Source: Dudresnaya verticillata (lineage: Eukaryota). Taken from it: DNA of 64,000 nt. The translations under genes were made by a program, and so were the position numbers. Below the pieces are notes generated by a model. It saw only the letters and a program-made list of their open reading frames with translations, ran no database searches and was not told where the DNA came from. The DNA is taken from NCBI GenBank assembly GCA_977862235.1, contig OZ374561.1, forward strand, positions 496,001-560,000. The letters are read 5' to 3'. The first letter of the stretch is position 1. Every line of letters starts with the position of its first letter. Of this stretch, positions 22,222-31,687 are shown one piece after another.

Positions 22222-23730
22222 ATGAACATCGCCCATCCTGCTCCAACAGCCGTATCGAGTGCACCCATCATGCAGAAAACTTGGCGCGACTTCTGCCCCG
22301 TCGAGCAGCTCATGGCCGATGTGGCCATCGCGGACAATCCCGTCGTGATAACGGCCTGTACATCCCTGGCAGAGAACGTGTCGCGGGCATGGGTACAGGA
22401 GATCCTCATTGCGCGCATGTTGCGCCACCCACGCTTCTCCGCTGCGCCGAACCAAAATAACAGTGGTAAGTTTCGCTTCGACCCCGTGCCTGGCTTCACC
22501 CCTGCGCACGCGGCTTCAAGCGAGCACCACCTTGTTTTTGAAAATGTTATCGACCCCTCCAAGACTCACAAAGAACGCGAGCAGCTTTTCTCGAAGCGAT
22601 TATCCGAAATCATGTCAACCCCACTCGATATGACTCGTCCATTGTGGAAAATTTTCGTCTTCCCGGAGTGGTCTATTGTTAAGGAGGATGGGAACTGCGA
22701 CCAGCGTAGCACGGTCATCATTCGGGTGCACCATTCCATTGCTGATGGTATTGGATTAATCAAATTCTTCTCTTCTGAGATTATTGACCAAGGTCAAGGG
22801 AAGGAGCTGTCCCGTTTTCTAGTCGTCCCGGAGCGGCAAAAAGACGCGATTTCGACTGAGGCGTTCGATGCTTCAGGCTCCAAACCAACGAAGCCAATCG
22901 AGCAGGTGATGAAGCAGCCGCTTATTGCGCCTGCAAATCATCCCGGTATTTTGCAAAAGATGTGGGAAGTCGCTGAGGATCTCTACATGTCGTCGGTGCG
23001 AATGCTTTTTCCAGACCCGGAAAGCGTGTTTACCAGATCGGATATCCAGCGCGACAAAGTTTGTGCGCTTCTCCCACCTTCGGAGTTTACGGTGGAGATG
23101 TTGAAAGACGCATCGCGTATCCTCGGTGTAACCATTAATGACATGCTGTACGCAGCAGTCTCGGGGGCATCACGAGCCTATCTTAGGGAGCACGGCGATA
23201 ACCCAGACGAGCTCAAGGACCTCCGCTGTGCCATCCCCTTCAACCGCCATATGCTCAACGAGTTCAAGATGAGCGATATCTCGAACCAGTTCGCCCTTGT
23301 GGTCCTCGACTTGCACGTCAACGAGGATGATCGTTTATCACGCCTGGAGCGGAGTGTCCAGACGCTACGTCGAATGAAAAGAGGTCATCAGTGCGGCATG
23401 CTCCTGGCTCTTCTTGACTTTTTATCCCGCCTTCCTCAGACCCCTCGACGTGTCCTCTGGCGCCACTTGACAAAGGCTACATCAATGCTCTTCACAAATG
23501 TACCTGGTCCAAAAACACCAGTGCAGCTCGGCGGCGTCGATGTCAGTTCGATACATTTCTTTGCTCCTTCTGACGGGCACGCAGGTGTAGTTGTTGCACT
23601 CTTCTCATACGCAGGTAGGATCGCGATGGGTGTTTCTGGTGATAAGGGTCGCATTAGCAACCCCCAACGCTTCGTCGAGCTCTTGGCTGAGGAAATTGAA
23701 GGCCTCCTTGAGCTGAGCAAGAGCGTATAA
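22222..23730 (+). CDS. Wax ester synthase/diacylglycerol acyltransferase (WS/DGAT) paralogue 2
   Basis: PLDMTRPLW, HHSIADG, TINDML, TNVPGP, FSYAG; colinear similarity to paralogue 1. Start at ATG 22222 or 22270. Confidence 0.9.
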   Translation: MNIAHPAPTAVSSAPIMQKTWRDFCPVEQLMADVAIADNPVVITACTSLAENVSRAWVQEILIARMLRHPRFSAAPNQNNSGKFRFDPVPGFTPAHAASSEHHLVFENVIDPSKTHKEREQLFSKRLSEIMSTPLDMTRPLWKIFVFPEWSIVKEDGNCDQRSTVIIRVHHSIADGIGLIKFFSSEIIDQGQGKELSRFLVVPERQKDAISTEAFDASGSKPTKPIEQVMKQPLIAPANHPGILQKMWEVAEDLYMSSVRMLFPDPESVFTRSDIQRDKVCALLPPSEFTVEMLKDASRILGVTINDMLYAAVSGASRAYLREHGDNPDELKDLRCAIPFNRHMLNEFKMSDISNQFALVVLDLHVNEDDRLSRLERSVQTLRRMKRGHQCGMLLALLDFLSRLPQTPRRVLWRHLTKATSMLFTNVPGPKTPVQLGGVDVSSIHFFAPSDGHAGVVVALFSYAGRIAMGVSGDKGRISNPQRFVELLAEEIEGLLELSKSV

Positions 23731-24085
23731 CGGATCACGTCTGCATTGCATTGAAAGCAACGCAATGCACTTGAGCAGATACCCAGGTGTGTTGCCTGGC
23801 CATACCCTTATAGAGCCTTGCAAAGGCACGGGGATGGGTGCTTGAGTTGCGGTGCTTGAGTTGCGTTGGGCATTTTGCAGTGACCCCTGAATGTAAATGA
23901 CACCACTTAAATACTTTACTACTTTATTAGTACGTCAGTTTTGATCTCATTTTCAGTTCGTTTCCCAGCTCCATTCAAGCCAGATCCGGCCCACGAATGA
24001 CGGCTGCCACCGCTGCCTGAGCATTTCGATTCGTTTCGCACTCTGCGGCGAAGAACAGTGAGGAGTATTGAGTATCGCGGCAAAC

Positions 24086-24745
24086 ATGGCAGCTCTTTTC
24101 GTTCAACCACAAGTGTCAACAGATTGGCTTGGCGGCGCATATGAACCGCGTATTCAACGGCGAGAAACTCAGCTGAGACCTATTGTTCATCGCACAACTC
24201 GGCAGCGGAGAGGCAGCCTTTGTTGTGTTAGAAACGAAGGGTACGACCGAAAGCCTTTGTCACGAAGAGAAGCGCTTGCTGTTGCGTTTGGCCTAGCAAT
24301 GAGCACCACAGTGTTGCCCCCTCAAGCCCTAGCCCAACCGCCGCGGCGGACAATATTTGACGAAGAGCGAGAGCTGAACGAAAAACTGCAGAGAGAATCA
24401 GAGGAAGAACGCCTTGGAGCCCTTCGAGCAGGATTCGATGCTGTAGTCATGGCCAGTGCCCAGCTCGACGATCTTCAGAAGCTAGCCGAAGACGAAGAGT
24501 GGGACCGTGTGAGAGAGTTTGCACGCTTGTTCAACAATTCTGTAGAACGAGAGGGAATGGAAGCTGTTGCCAGAAAGATTCGGGACAAGCAGATTAGAAA
24601 AGCAGCTCTGGCACTCTGCAGACAGGTCACAGAGTCGTTGATTGCAGCTGATCAATCGGCTGGTCAGAAGGACAGGGAACGAGCACTTGGTTACATACAA
24701 CAAACACGGGAATTGATTTCCAAGTTCCAAGACTTTAAGCCTTAG
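24086..24745 (+). CDS. PsbQ-like thylakoid lumen protein
   Basis: Bipartite targeting: transit peptide plus twin-arginine signal (LSRREALAVAFG...QALA), then a helical domain with a PsbQ-like pattern (LQKLAEDEEWDRVR...AALAL...LIAADQSA). Confidence 0.7.
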   Translation: MAALFVQPQVSTDWLGGAYEPRIQRRETQLRPIVHRTTRQRRGSLCCVRNEGYDRKPLSRREALAVAFGLAMSTTVLPPQALAQPPRRTIFDEERELNEKLQRESEEERLGALRAGFDAVVMASAQLDDLQKLAEDEEWDRVREFARLFNNSVEREGMEAVARKIRDKQIRKAALALCRQVTESLIAADQSAGQKDRERALGYIQQTRELISKFQDFKP

Positions 24746-24763
24746 CCCAACGGGTAAAGCTCC

Positions 24764-25627
24764 TCACCAATCTATCTCCTTGCCGTGCCGAAGGAACACT
24801 CCTGTTCTACTCTGCTGACCTACGTCCAGAACGTGCAACATCCTTTCGGCAGCTTCCTCGGGTTGCATTAGGACAGCTCCACTGTCACCCATTGCGGTAT
24901 CCACATCCCCGGGACATACGGATACAAACGCCACAGAAGACGACTCTGGACCCAGCGCTGGCCGCAGGGCTGCGAATCTCGTGTAAGCGTTGAGAGCAGC
25001 TTTTGACAGCTTGTATGCTTCTTGACCGCAAAAGATCGACATCTCCCAGGCGTTCTTCTCCAAAATGTCAGCAAGTATGCGCTTGACCTCGTCTGCTAGT
25101 TCTTGCGCACCCTTGCTTTTCACTAAGCTCTCAAGACGAACTCGGAGGGTCTCCGAAAAGTACAGGAGCTCACCATCCCCTGAGGAGACGTTTACAACTC
25201 GGGCAAATTGACTGGATGCTTGGAGCAGCGGAAGCACCCGCTCTGTCAGGCGCAGCGGGGCAAAAAAATTGACTTCCATTACCTCTTGCCAGTATGCGAC
25301 TCGGTCCTCCAACCCTTTCGGTTCCGCAGGGCAGACAGCAGCATTGTTCACCAGCAAATCTATGAATGGAAGTTCGTCGCGGAGGGCGCTAGCCAGACCC
25401 TCGACACTTGTTTGGTTTGCAAGGTCTACATAGACATACCTTACGTTTGGGACAGGTTGACCCAAGTCCAACGCTCTTCCAGCATTCCGTTGCGCACAAA
25501 CTACTATGAAACCGCTTTCTTGCAACTTGCTCACTAGAGCACGCCCGAGCCCACGAGAACCCCCGGTGACAACGGCAATTCGAGGTGTTTGACTACAGGG
25601 CGATGTCCTTTGGAGCAATGACGGCAT
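24764..25627 (-). CDS. Short-chain dehydrogenase/reductase (carbonyl reductase-like)
   Basis: TGGSRGLG nucleotide-binding motif, LVNNAA, VNVSS, catalytic YKLSK, CPGDVDT. Confidence 0.9.
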   Translation of the reverse strand: MPSLLQRTSPCSQTPRIAVVTGGSRGLGRALVSKLQESGFIVVCAQRNAGRALDLGQPVPNVRYVYVDLANQTSVEGLASALRDELPFIDLLVNNAAVCPAEPKGLEDRVAYWQEVMEVNFFAPLRLTERVLPLLQASSQFARVVNVSSGDGELLYFSETLRVRLESLVKSKGAQELADEVKRILADILEKNAWEMSIFCGQEAYKLSKAALNAYTRFAALRPALGPESSSVAFVSVCPGDVDTAMGDSGAVLMQPEEAAERMLHVLDVGQQSRTGVFLRHGKEIDW

Positions 25628-27039
25628 TGACGAAATGACCAGCAAATGAGTGCTGCCGCCAGTTCAGACCGTTCGCCGACGAACTGGGAATAGCTGAATA
25701 TGAGGGAATTGAAAACTCGACAAGACGAGAGGTACAGTAGTGTATGTGCGACGGCAGTGATGATGTGAGGTGGCTTGCCTCCAATGCACGCTGGGGGCGA
25801 CAACTCAGAAACTGCGGAAATTTTCGATAAATGATGTCGCAGAAGTGTGGCGTGGATCTGGTGGACCCCTTCATGTGCCCATTTGGGCCAGAGTTGACAA
25901 TATCGCAGACAGCAAGGATGACCAGGATCGAACCAGTTTAATACAGTAGTCACTCATTCAACACCTGCAGCGCGGCAACAAAGAAACTACAGAGCACTCA
26001 GATTGATCACATGTTCAGTTCAGATGAAGAAAAAAATCTTGTGCTCTGAGTGCTGAGTGCACTGACTATGTTCAGTGATGGAAACTCAGATGATAGCGCA
26101 TTTCTAAGTAGTGATTTCCAACCCTCCTCTTCGACGGGTTGCAACAACTTCATCCTACAAAAGTATATTCACCGCTGCACGTACCGAAAATCGTCTTTCC
26201 ACATTTGTCGCAATGCCTACCAATGCAGCATGCTAATGGTTAATACGATAACACGGTAAATGCTGTGCAACTGATCCGGTGACCTTTACAAACCCTCGCA
26301 GTCACCTCTTCAAGTTTCAAAACGGGCCAACCTAGTAGGCCTGCTATCAATAGATAATGCCGTAGGCCACGGAGTGAATGTCCTGTTGCCTAGGCGCTTC
26401 GCCCGACTCAATCTGTGGGGCTTTTGTTGCCTCCTCCCCACTCAGCTGATGAATGGCTCCGTACTTCTAAGCGTCCGGTTGGCCTGGCCACAAACAGGAT
26501 GATTGACATTATCCTTTGTCGGGGATAGCATGCTATTCGCGTCGTATCATTAAGAGCTAAAGTGAAAGCTCCGCAGGTACAAGTTGAGCATGGTACAAGT
26601 GTCTATCTAGTGCCTATTCGACTGCCGTTCTGCCTGTATCAAACCCTAAAACTCAGCTCTTATTATAGAATGGGGGACTTGATGGGATAGCACAGGGCGC
26701 TAGGTCTCCCCGCAGCAACGCAGATTCTTTTCATATAGCATTGTTGCATAATGCCGAACGCACTGGACACATTCTGAACGTCTATCTTTCTAGCTTTATC
26801 TTATACTTACCTTATGGGAAGAATTTATTGCCAATAATGTTTGCAGACTTTGAAGCCGTAGCATGTTCCTGGAGGCTTTCTAGCACTTGCTGGCTCCCTC
26901 AAATTCGAGTCAGCAAGTCGCCAACTTGCTACAGTACTTTCAACGTGCTTCCACGAGTAACTTCCCCAAAGCCGTCATTACAAGCACCCTCCTCACCCGA
27001 ATCACCACGACTATCCACTAGCACGTTAACCTAGCCATC

Positions 27040-27118
27040 GACACACGCAGGCCGAGAGTCGAACGTCTAGCCTCCTGGCCCCTGGACCCGGGCGCCTGAC
27101 CCTTCGGACATTTGTACC
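27040..27118 (-). pseudogene. Possible degenerate tRNA-like sequence or SINE head
   Basis: Minus strand A-box-like TGTCCGAAGGGTCAGG and B-box GTTCGACTC at tRNA spacing, but the stems pair poorly. Confidence 0.3.
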
Positions 27119-27766
27119 CTCTTTCTAGATTGAGGTAAAGGTATTTTAATGCCAACTTTCCAGTTAAGGCAAGACTTGTTGCCTTAGGCCTATGTACCTA
27201 CCATGATGTCGTGTCCAAGAACACCGCCTAGACAGCCTGTTTAAGGTACTACTGTAAAGGGACCATCCATATTCGATGATTCGATTCAGCAACCCTTGTC
27301 TTGGTAATGCTTGCAAAGAAGAGACCACAGATTGGCTACTGTAGACTACAATTGTACCAGTGTGTCTTCTTTATCAAGCACGACTTCTCCTCTTTTCTCC
27401 TGCGTTGGGTCTTGAGTCCGAGAGTCTTACTCGGTTTGACTCTAGTACGAAAGATGTAACATTCCGATCAGAATAATCCGAACCGCTTGTAATCATGTAA
27501 AGTGCTTCGCGTTGTACTTTCCTGTAGATTTACAGTGTGTGTTATTGCTTTCAAATAGCACCCTAGCCTTCAGTTCTAGAGACTAGAAATAAAGCAGGGC
27601 GGAAGGTATGCGCATGAGGCGCTGAGCATTACCTCAAAAGACTATAGTTGACTCTTCTTCGAGTGGACGGCCTGCTTCGTTACGTGCAAGATAGAAGGCA
27701 AGACCGAAGCGATCAGGCCTTTTTCACTCTAGTAACGCGGGACACAACAACAGCAAACGCCCTTCT

Positions 27767-28215
27767 TGAAACAAACACCTTTTTTCTCAATGGATCGATG
27801 CCCTCCGTCGCCGGCGTGAAGGCCGAGCGACGACTGATAAAGTCCTCACTGTCTGAGCGACCCGAGGCAGGGTCGCTCAGAGACCCCAAACAAAGGGGTG
27901 AAGTCCGCCTTACATGGCTGACATCCTAAAATACAATTAAAACTGGACGGTGCGACCGCAACCGCAGGAGGAGCAGATCGGCGCAGCCGATCTGGAGGGA
28001 AGTCCCAAATGTAGCCAGAAATAAAAACAAAACAGATAAGCGGCAGCGCGCAGCGCCGCTCCCGGTGCGCTCGAACCCTACCCTCGAGCGCCACCGGAAG
28101 CAAATCGGTGCTGGCGACCCCGCCAGGGCCACTTACGTCAGCCCGGCCGCGCCGGCCGGAGTACGAGTACGTATGATAAAAGAAACACGTGGGCTCACGT
28201 GGCATGACCGTTTCA
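27767..28215 (-). repeat. 3' LTR of outer element (449 bp)
   Basis: Matches 45962-46410; no mismatch found by eye. Confidence 0.97.
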
Positions 28216-28234
28216 TCCTTCCCACCTTCCCCCC
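28216..28234 (-). promoter_or_regulatory. Polypurine tract of outer element
   Basis: Minus strand GGGGGGAAGGTGGGAAGGA directly before the 3' LTR. Confidence 0.9.
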
Positions 28235-28248
28235 GATTGACGTCCGCG

Positions 28249-30425
28249 TCAATGCAAGTGCGACAGAAGGCCATGCTCGACGATGTAATCCCTGAACGCG
28301 GTGGTCAAGGTGCCATCTGTATCAACGAAATCCCTTGTAGGTTGCCACTCAGCTTCATGCTGCGGTGTGCCTTTCAGCAGTGTGAGCCATTGGAAACCGC
28401 GCCCACGCTTGCGATGGGCGAGGATACGCTCGACCTCGAACAACAACGCACCGGAGTCATCAGGGACGGGTTCAGGGCGAGGTACTACCGGTTGACTGAG
28501 CTCGGGAGGCTGTGTCTTGTGCGGGAAGGTATGCGAAACGTGCACAACGGGATGTAACCTCATATTGGAAGGTAGATCCAAGCGAAGGGCGTTCTTCCCG
28601 ACTAACTCCAGAATCTTGAATGGGCCGAAGCGCCTGCTACCCAACTTCTCTGACGATTGCGTCTTAGACACCGCATCCTTAAACAGTCCCCTGCTTATCC
28701 ACACGCTGCCACCTACTTCATACGACGACGGCGAAAGCCTTTGCGCATTGTACGCTGCGTGCCGTGCCTTAGCCAATTGATGCGCAAATCGAGCATCCTC
28801 AAGCGCACTGTTCATACGAGCGTTAAATTGGGCGACGCTCTCAATTGTCGTGTTCACTGGCAACGACATGTCCAGGGGGGCGCGAGGATTCCAGCCAAGG
28901 TCCACCTCGAACGGTGTGGCTTGTAACGCTTCACTCTTTGCGGAGTTGTAGGCAAATTCCGCCGCTGGTAGAAACGCGTCGCAATCATCCTGTCGCATGG
29001 AGCAATAGCAGCGTAGGTAGTTCTCAACCATTCGGTTCATGATCTCAGATGTCCCATCTGTCTGAGGATGATGCGTCGAAGATATTTGCAACTTGATCCC
29101 ACAGCGGGACATGAGGTGCTCCCAAAACTTGGAAGTAAACTTTGAGTCTCGGTCAGAAACGATTGCGTCAGGTAGCCCATGGTGTTTGAACACGTTAGAG
29201 AAATATGCATCGGCTACGTCCACGGCCGTGTCCGTCGTCCTGCTTGGAAGGAAGTGCACCCTTCGGGATAACCTATCTACCCACGTTGCGATGCTGTCAA
29301 ACCCTTGCTTAGTGCGGGGAAGTTTGAAGATGAAGTCGGTAGCAAGTGACCCCCATCTACGAGTAGGAACATCAAGAGGGGTAGGGATACCCAGCCTTCT
29401 CATGCGGCTGTCCTTCTTTTGCTGGCATGTTTGGCAGCCATCGACGTAACGCTTTACGTCGCGGCTCTTGTGCCGCCAATGAAAGCGTTCGAAACGGCCT
29501 AAGGTCTTGGAGAAACCGAAGTGGCCGGAAGTAGAGGCGTCATGTGCGGCGTACAGCACCTCCCTGGCGTTTTTTCGAGGAACACAAATCTTGTTCTCAT
29601 ACAACAGTCTCCCATTTGCGAACGTGAAGAGCGGGAGCAGCCTTGCTACCCGATCTTCTTGGACCTTGTCCTTCGGTAATTCTCCCTTCAATCCTTGTAC
29701 GATAGGGCCAAAGACTTGGTCCGTGTCGTACTCAAGCGTCGCTGGAAGGCCATCCATACTCGACGCAACTACATTGTTGATCGTAGTGTCCTGCTTGACA
29801 TGCGGGGCGCGGGAAAGGACGTCTCCAAGCACATGCACTCGTCCAGGCTTGAGTGTGATCTTGCTAATCCCAAATTGCGAGAACAAGTCCAAACAACGCG
29901 CCTCACGTCGATTGAGAGTGGGCTTTGTCAAAAAGTGCTTTAGAACCTGATTGTCCGTGAACACTTCGAAGGTCATACCCTCCAGGTAGCAACGAAAACG
30001 CTTGAGGAAGTACACGAGTCCCAAAAGTTCGCGCTCATTTGCAGTGTACCTTTGTTCCGCATCGGACAACTTCTTGGAGAAGAACGCAACGGCTCTTTCG
30101 GCTCCATTACAATCTAATTGAGTTAGTGTCCTTCCAACCGCTCTCTGAGATGCGTCAATGTGACAACGGAACGGCTTGCCCCAGTCCGGGGATATCAGGA
30201 TCGGGGCAGAGACCAACAGAGCTTTCAGTGTTGCGAAATACTTGTCGCAATCGGTGTCCCATTTTCCGACCCCGACGCCCTTCTTAGTCAGTGTCGTAAG
30301 CGGGGCAGCAATGCCTGAAAAGTTCTTGATGAAGCGCCTGAAGAACTGTAACAACCCAATGAAACTGCGTATTTCAGTAAGGGAGGTGGGCTTCGGCCAG
30401 TCATGGATAACTTGAACCTTCTCGG
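28249..30425 (-). pseudogene. pol: Outer pol, 3' part (RT thumb, RNase H, integrase, chromodomain), separated from its 5' part by the nested insertion
   Basis: WPKPTSLTEIRSFIG, DAS, ERELL, TDNQ (RNase H); HHCC zinc finger (HDA..SGHFG...CQTC); D,D(35)E (TDF, SDRD, TSEIMNR); GPF; chromodomain FEVERILAHRKRG...EWQP. Confidence 0.93.
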
Positions 30426-31210
30426 TGTGGTGCAACGCCAAGGGGCCTCCGAAACGGGCGCAAACGACCGGGCCAAGTGGGACGGTCAGCCCAATCAGAA
30501 AGATACATTTGGCCAACCGACGACAGTGCGGCCGAGCAGACGACGGTGAACACTGCGCAAGGAGCACACGTGTCCAACAAGTGTACACGTGTGTCACACG
30601 TGGCCACCGACGACACCTAAGCGCACCACGTGGCCCGCTGTACACGTATGATCGGTGTGATCGGATCTGGAAGCAAGTGCGGAAAGGAAAATGGATTTGG
30701 CCGCAAGTGAAATCAAGCAGGAGACAGCAGAAAAATCAAGGGAAAATCTAACTCATTTGGCCAACCACTAACGAACAAGTACTTGGTTTAGACTGGTAAG
30801 GGTACAACATTGGCCCGACACCGGTACACAAGTAGATATTATGGCCGACGGGGAGTAACCTCGGCCACTAACTGTAGCATACGTAGAATAGCTCTAGATT
30901 AGCTCTAGTGGCCGATTTTTGGGCCTACTTAGACGGCCACAGACTACGGCTCGGCCAGAATAGGTACGAAGCCGTCCCGCCAGAGGTTGGGAGTAAAGTT
31001 TTGCAACCTTTCCCCAGCTCGGCCATTTTCCACTGCTCATCCAGGATTTTGGCCGCGACTTCGTCTGCGCGCTCCCGCTCTACCACGCTTGCTACCGGCG
31101 CGCAGGTCCGTTCTACGTTCGGCCAGTTTCTACGAAATCCGACCGATCTTCCTGGTCCTTTGGGGTCTCATCCCGGCGCCGCATTCGGTGGTGCCGCTCG
31201 AGATACTACA
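30426..31210 (+). repeat. 5' LTR of inner element (785 bp)
   Basis: Matches 42921-43705; one substitution seen (C30449 vs T42944). Confidence 0.97.
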
Positions 31211-31211
31211 C

Positions 31212-31222
31212 TGGTCTCCCGA
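31212..31222 (+). promoter_or_regulatory. Primer-binding site of inner element (probably tRNA-Tyr)
   Basis: TGGTCTCCCGA 1 nt after the LTR; its complement ...GGGAGA-CCA implies G72/A73, the eukaryotic tRNA-Tyr identity elements. tRNA identity is inferred. Confidence 0.7.
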
Positions 31223-31687
31223 CCTAGAAGATCAGCTGAGGTTTCGGCCGTAATTCTCCGTTAGGAGACTCGAGTAGCTGGCCGTAGTCGACGACGGCCA
31301 GTATCTTCCTCGCTACTGTGGTGGCCAAATCCCGCAAGTTGCAGATTGCGGGTTAGTAACTACCCGGTCTCGCAAATCTGATTATCCGTCTACTTCAACC
31401 CGATTCCGTGGCCGCAGTCTAGGTCACAGGCCAGACACCCGTCGCTTGGTTCGTTCCCAGGTCGGCCGCTTTGCACACTCACTGGTTCGTTCCCAGCACA
31501 GGGAGCTTTGCACACGGCAATGTCCAACCCTTGGTATAGGGACTAGAACCCGGAATCGTCCGTTCCCACCCCTGTGTTTTGCACACGACAGTGTGGTTCC
31601 CAGGTAGGCCACTTTGCACACGTCGGCCACGGGGTATCCACGAATCGCAAGAAGTACACGGCCGATTAGTCTTCGAAGCACTTCTTC

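Noticed and set aside
25915..25940. T-arm-like GGTTCGATCC on the minus strand
   Set aside because: No A-box, D-arm or acceptor stem nearby.
27767..28215. Hammerhead ribozyme (retrozyme) in the hairpin-rich LTR
   Set aside because: No CTGANGA...GAAA core found on either strand.
28249..30645. 798-aa ORF as a single gene
   Set aside because: Chimera: the first ~73 codons are the antisense strand of the inner 5' LTR (non-ATG start), coincidentally in frame with the outer pol 3' half.
31447..31621. CRISPR-like repeat-spacer array
   Set aside because: Eukaryotic retroelement leader; repeats are bipartite and degenerate, spacers only 9-11 nt, no cas genes.
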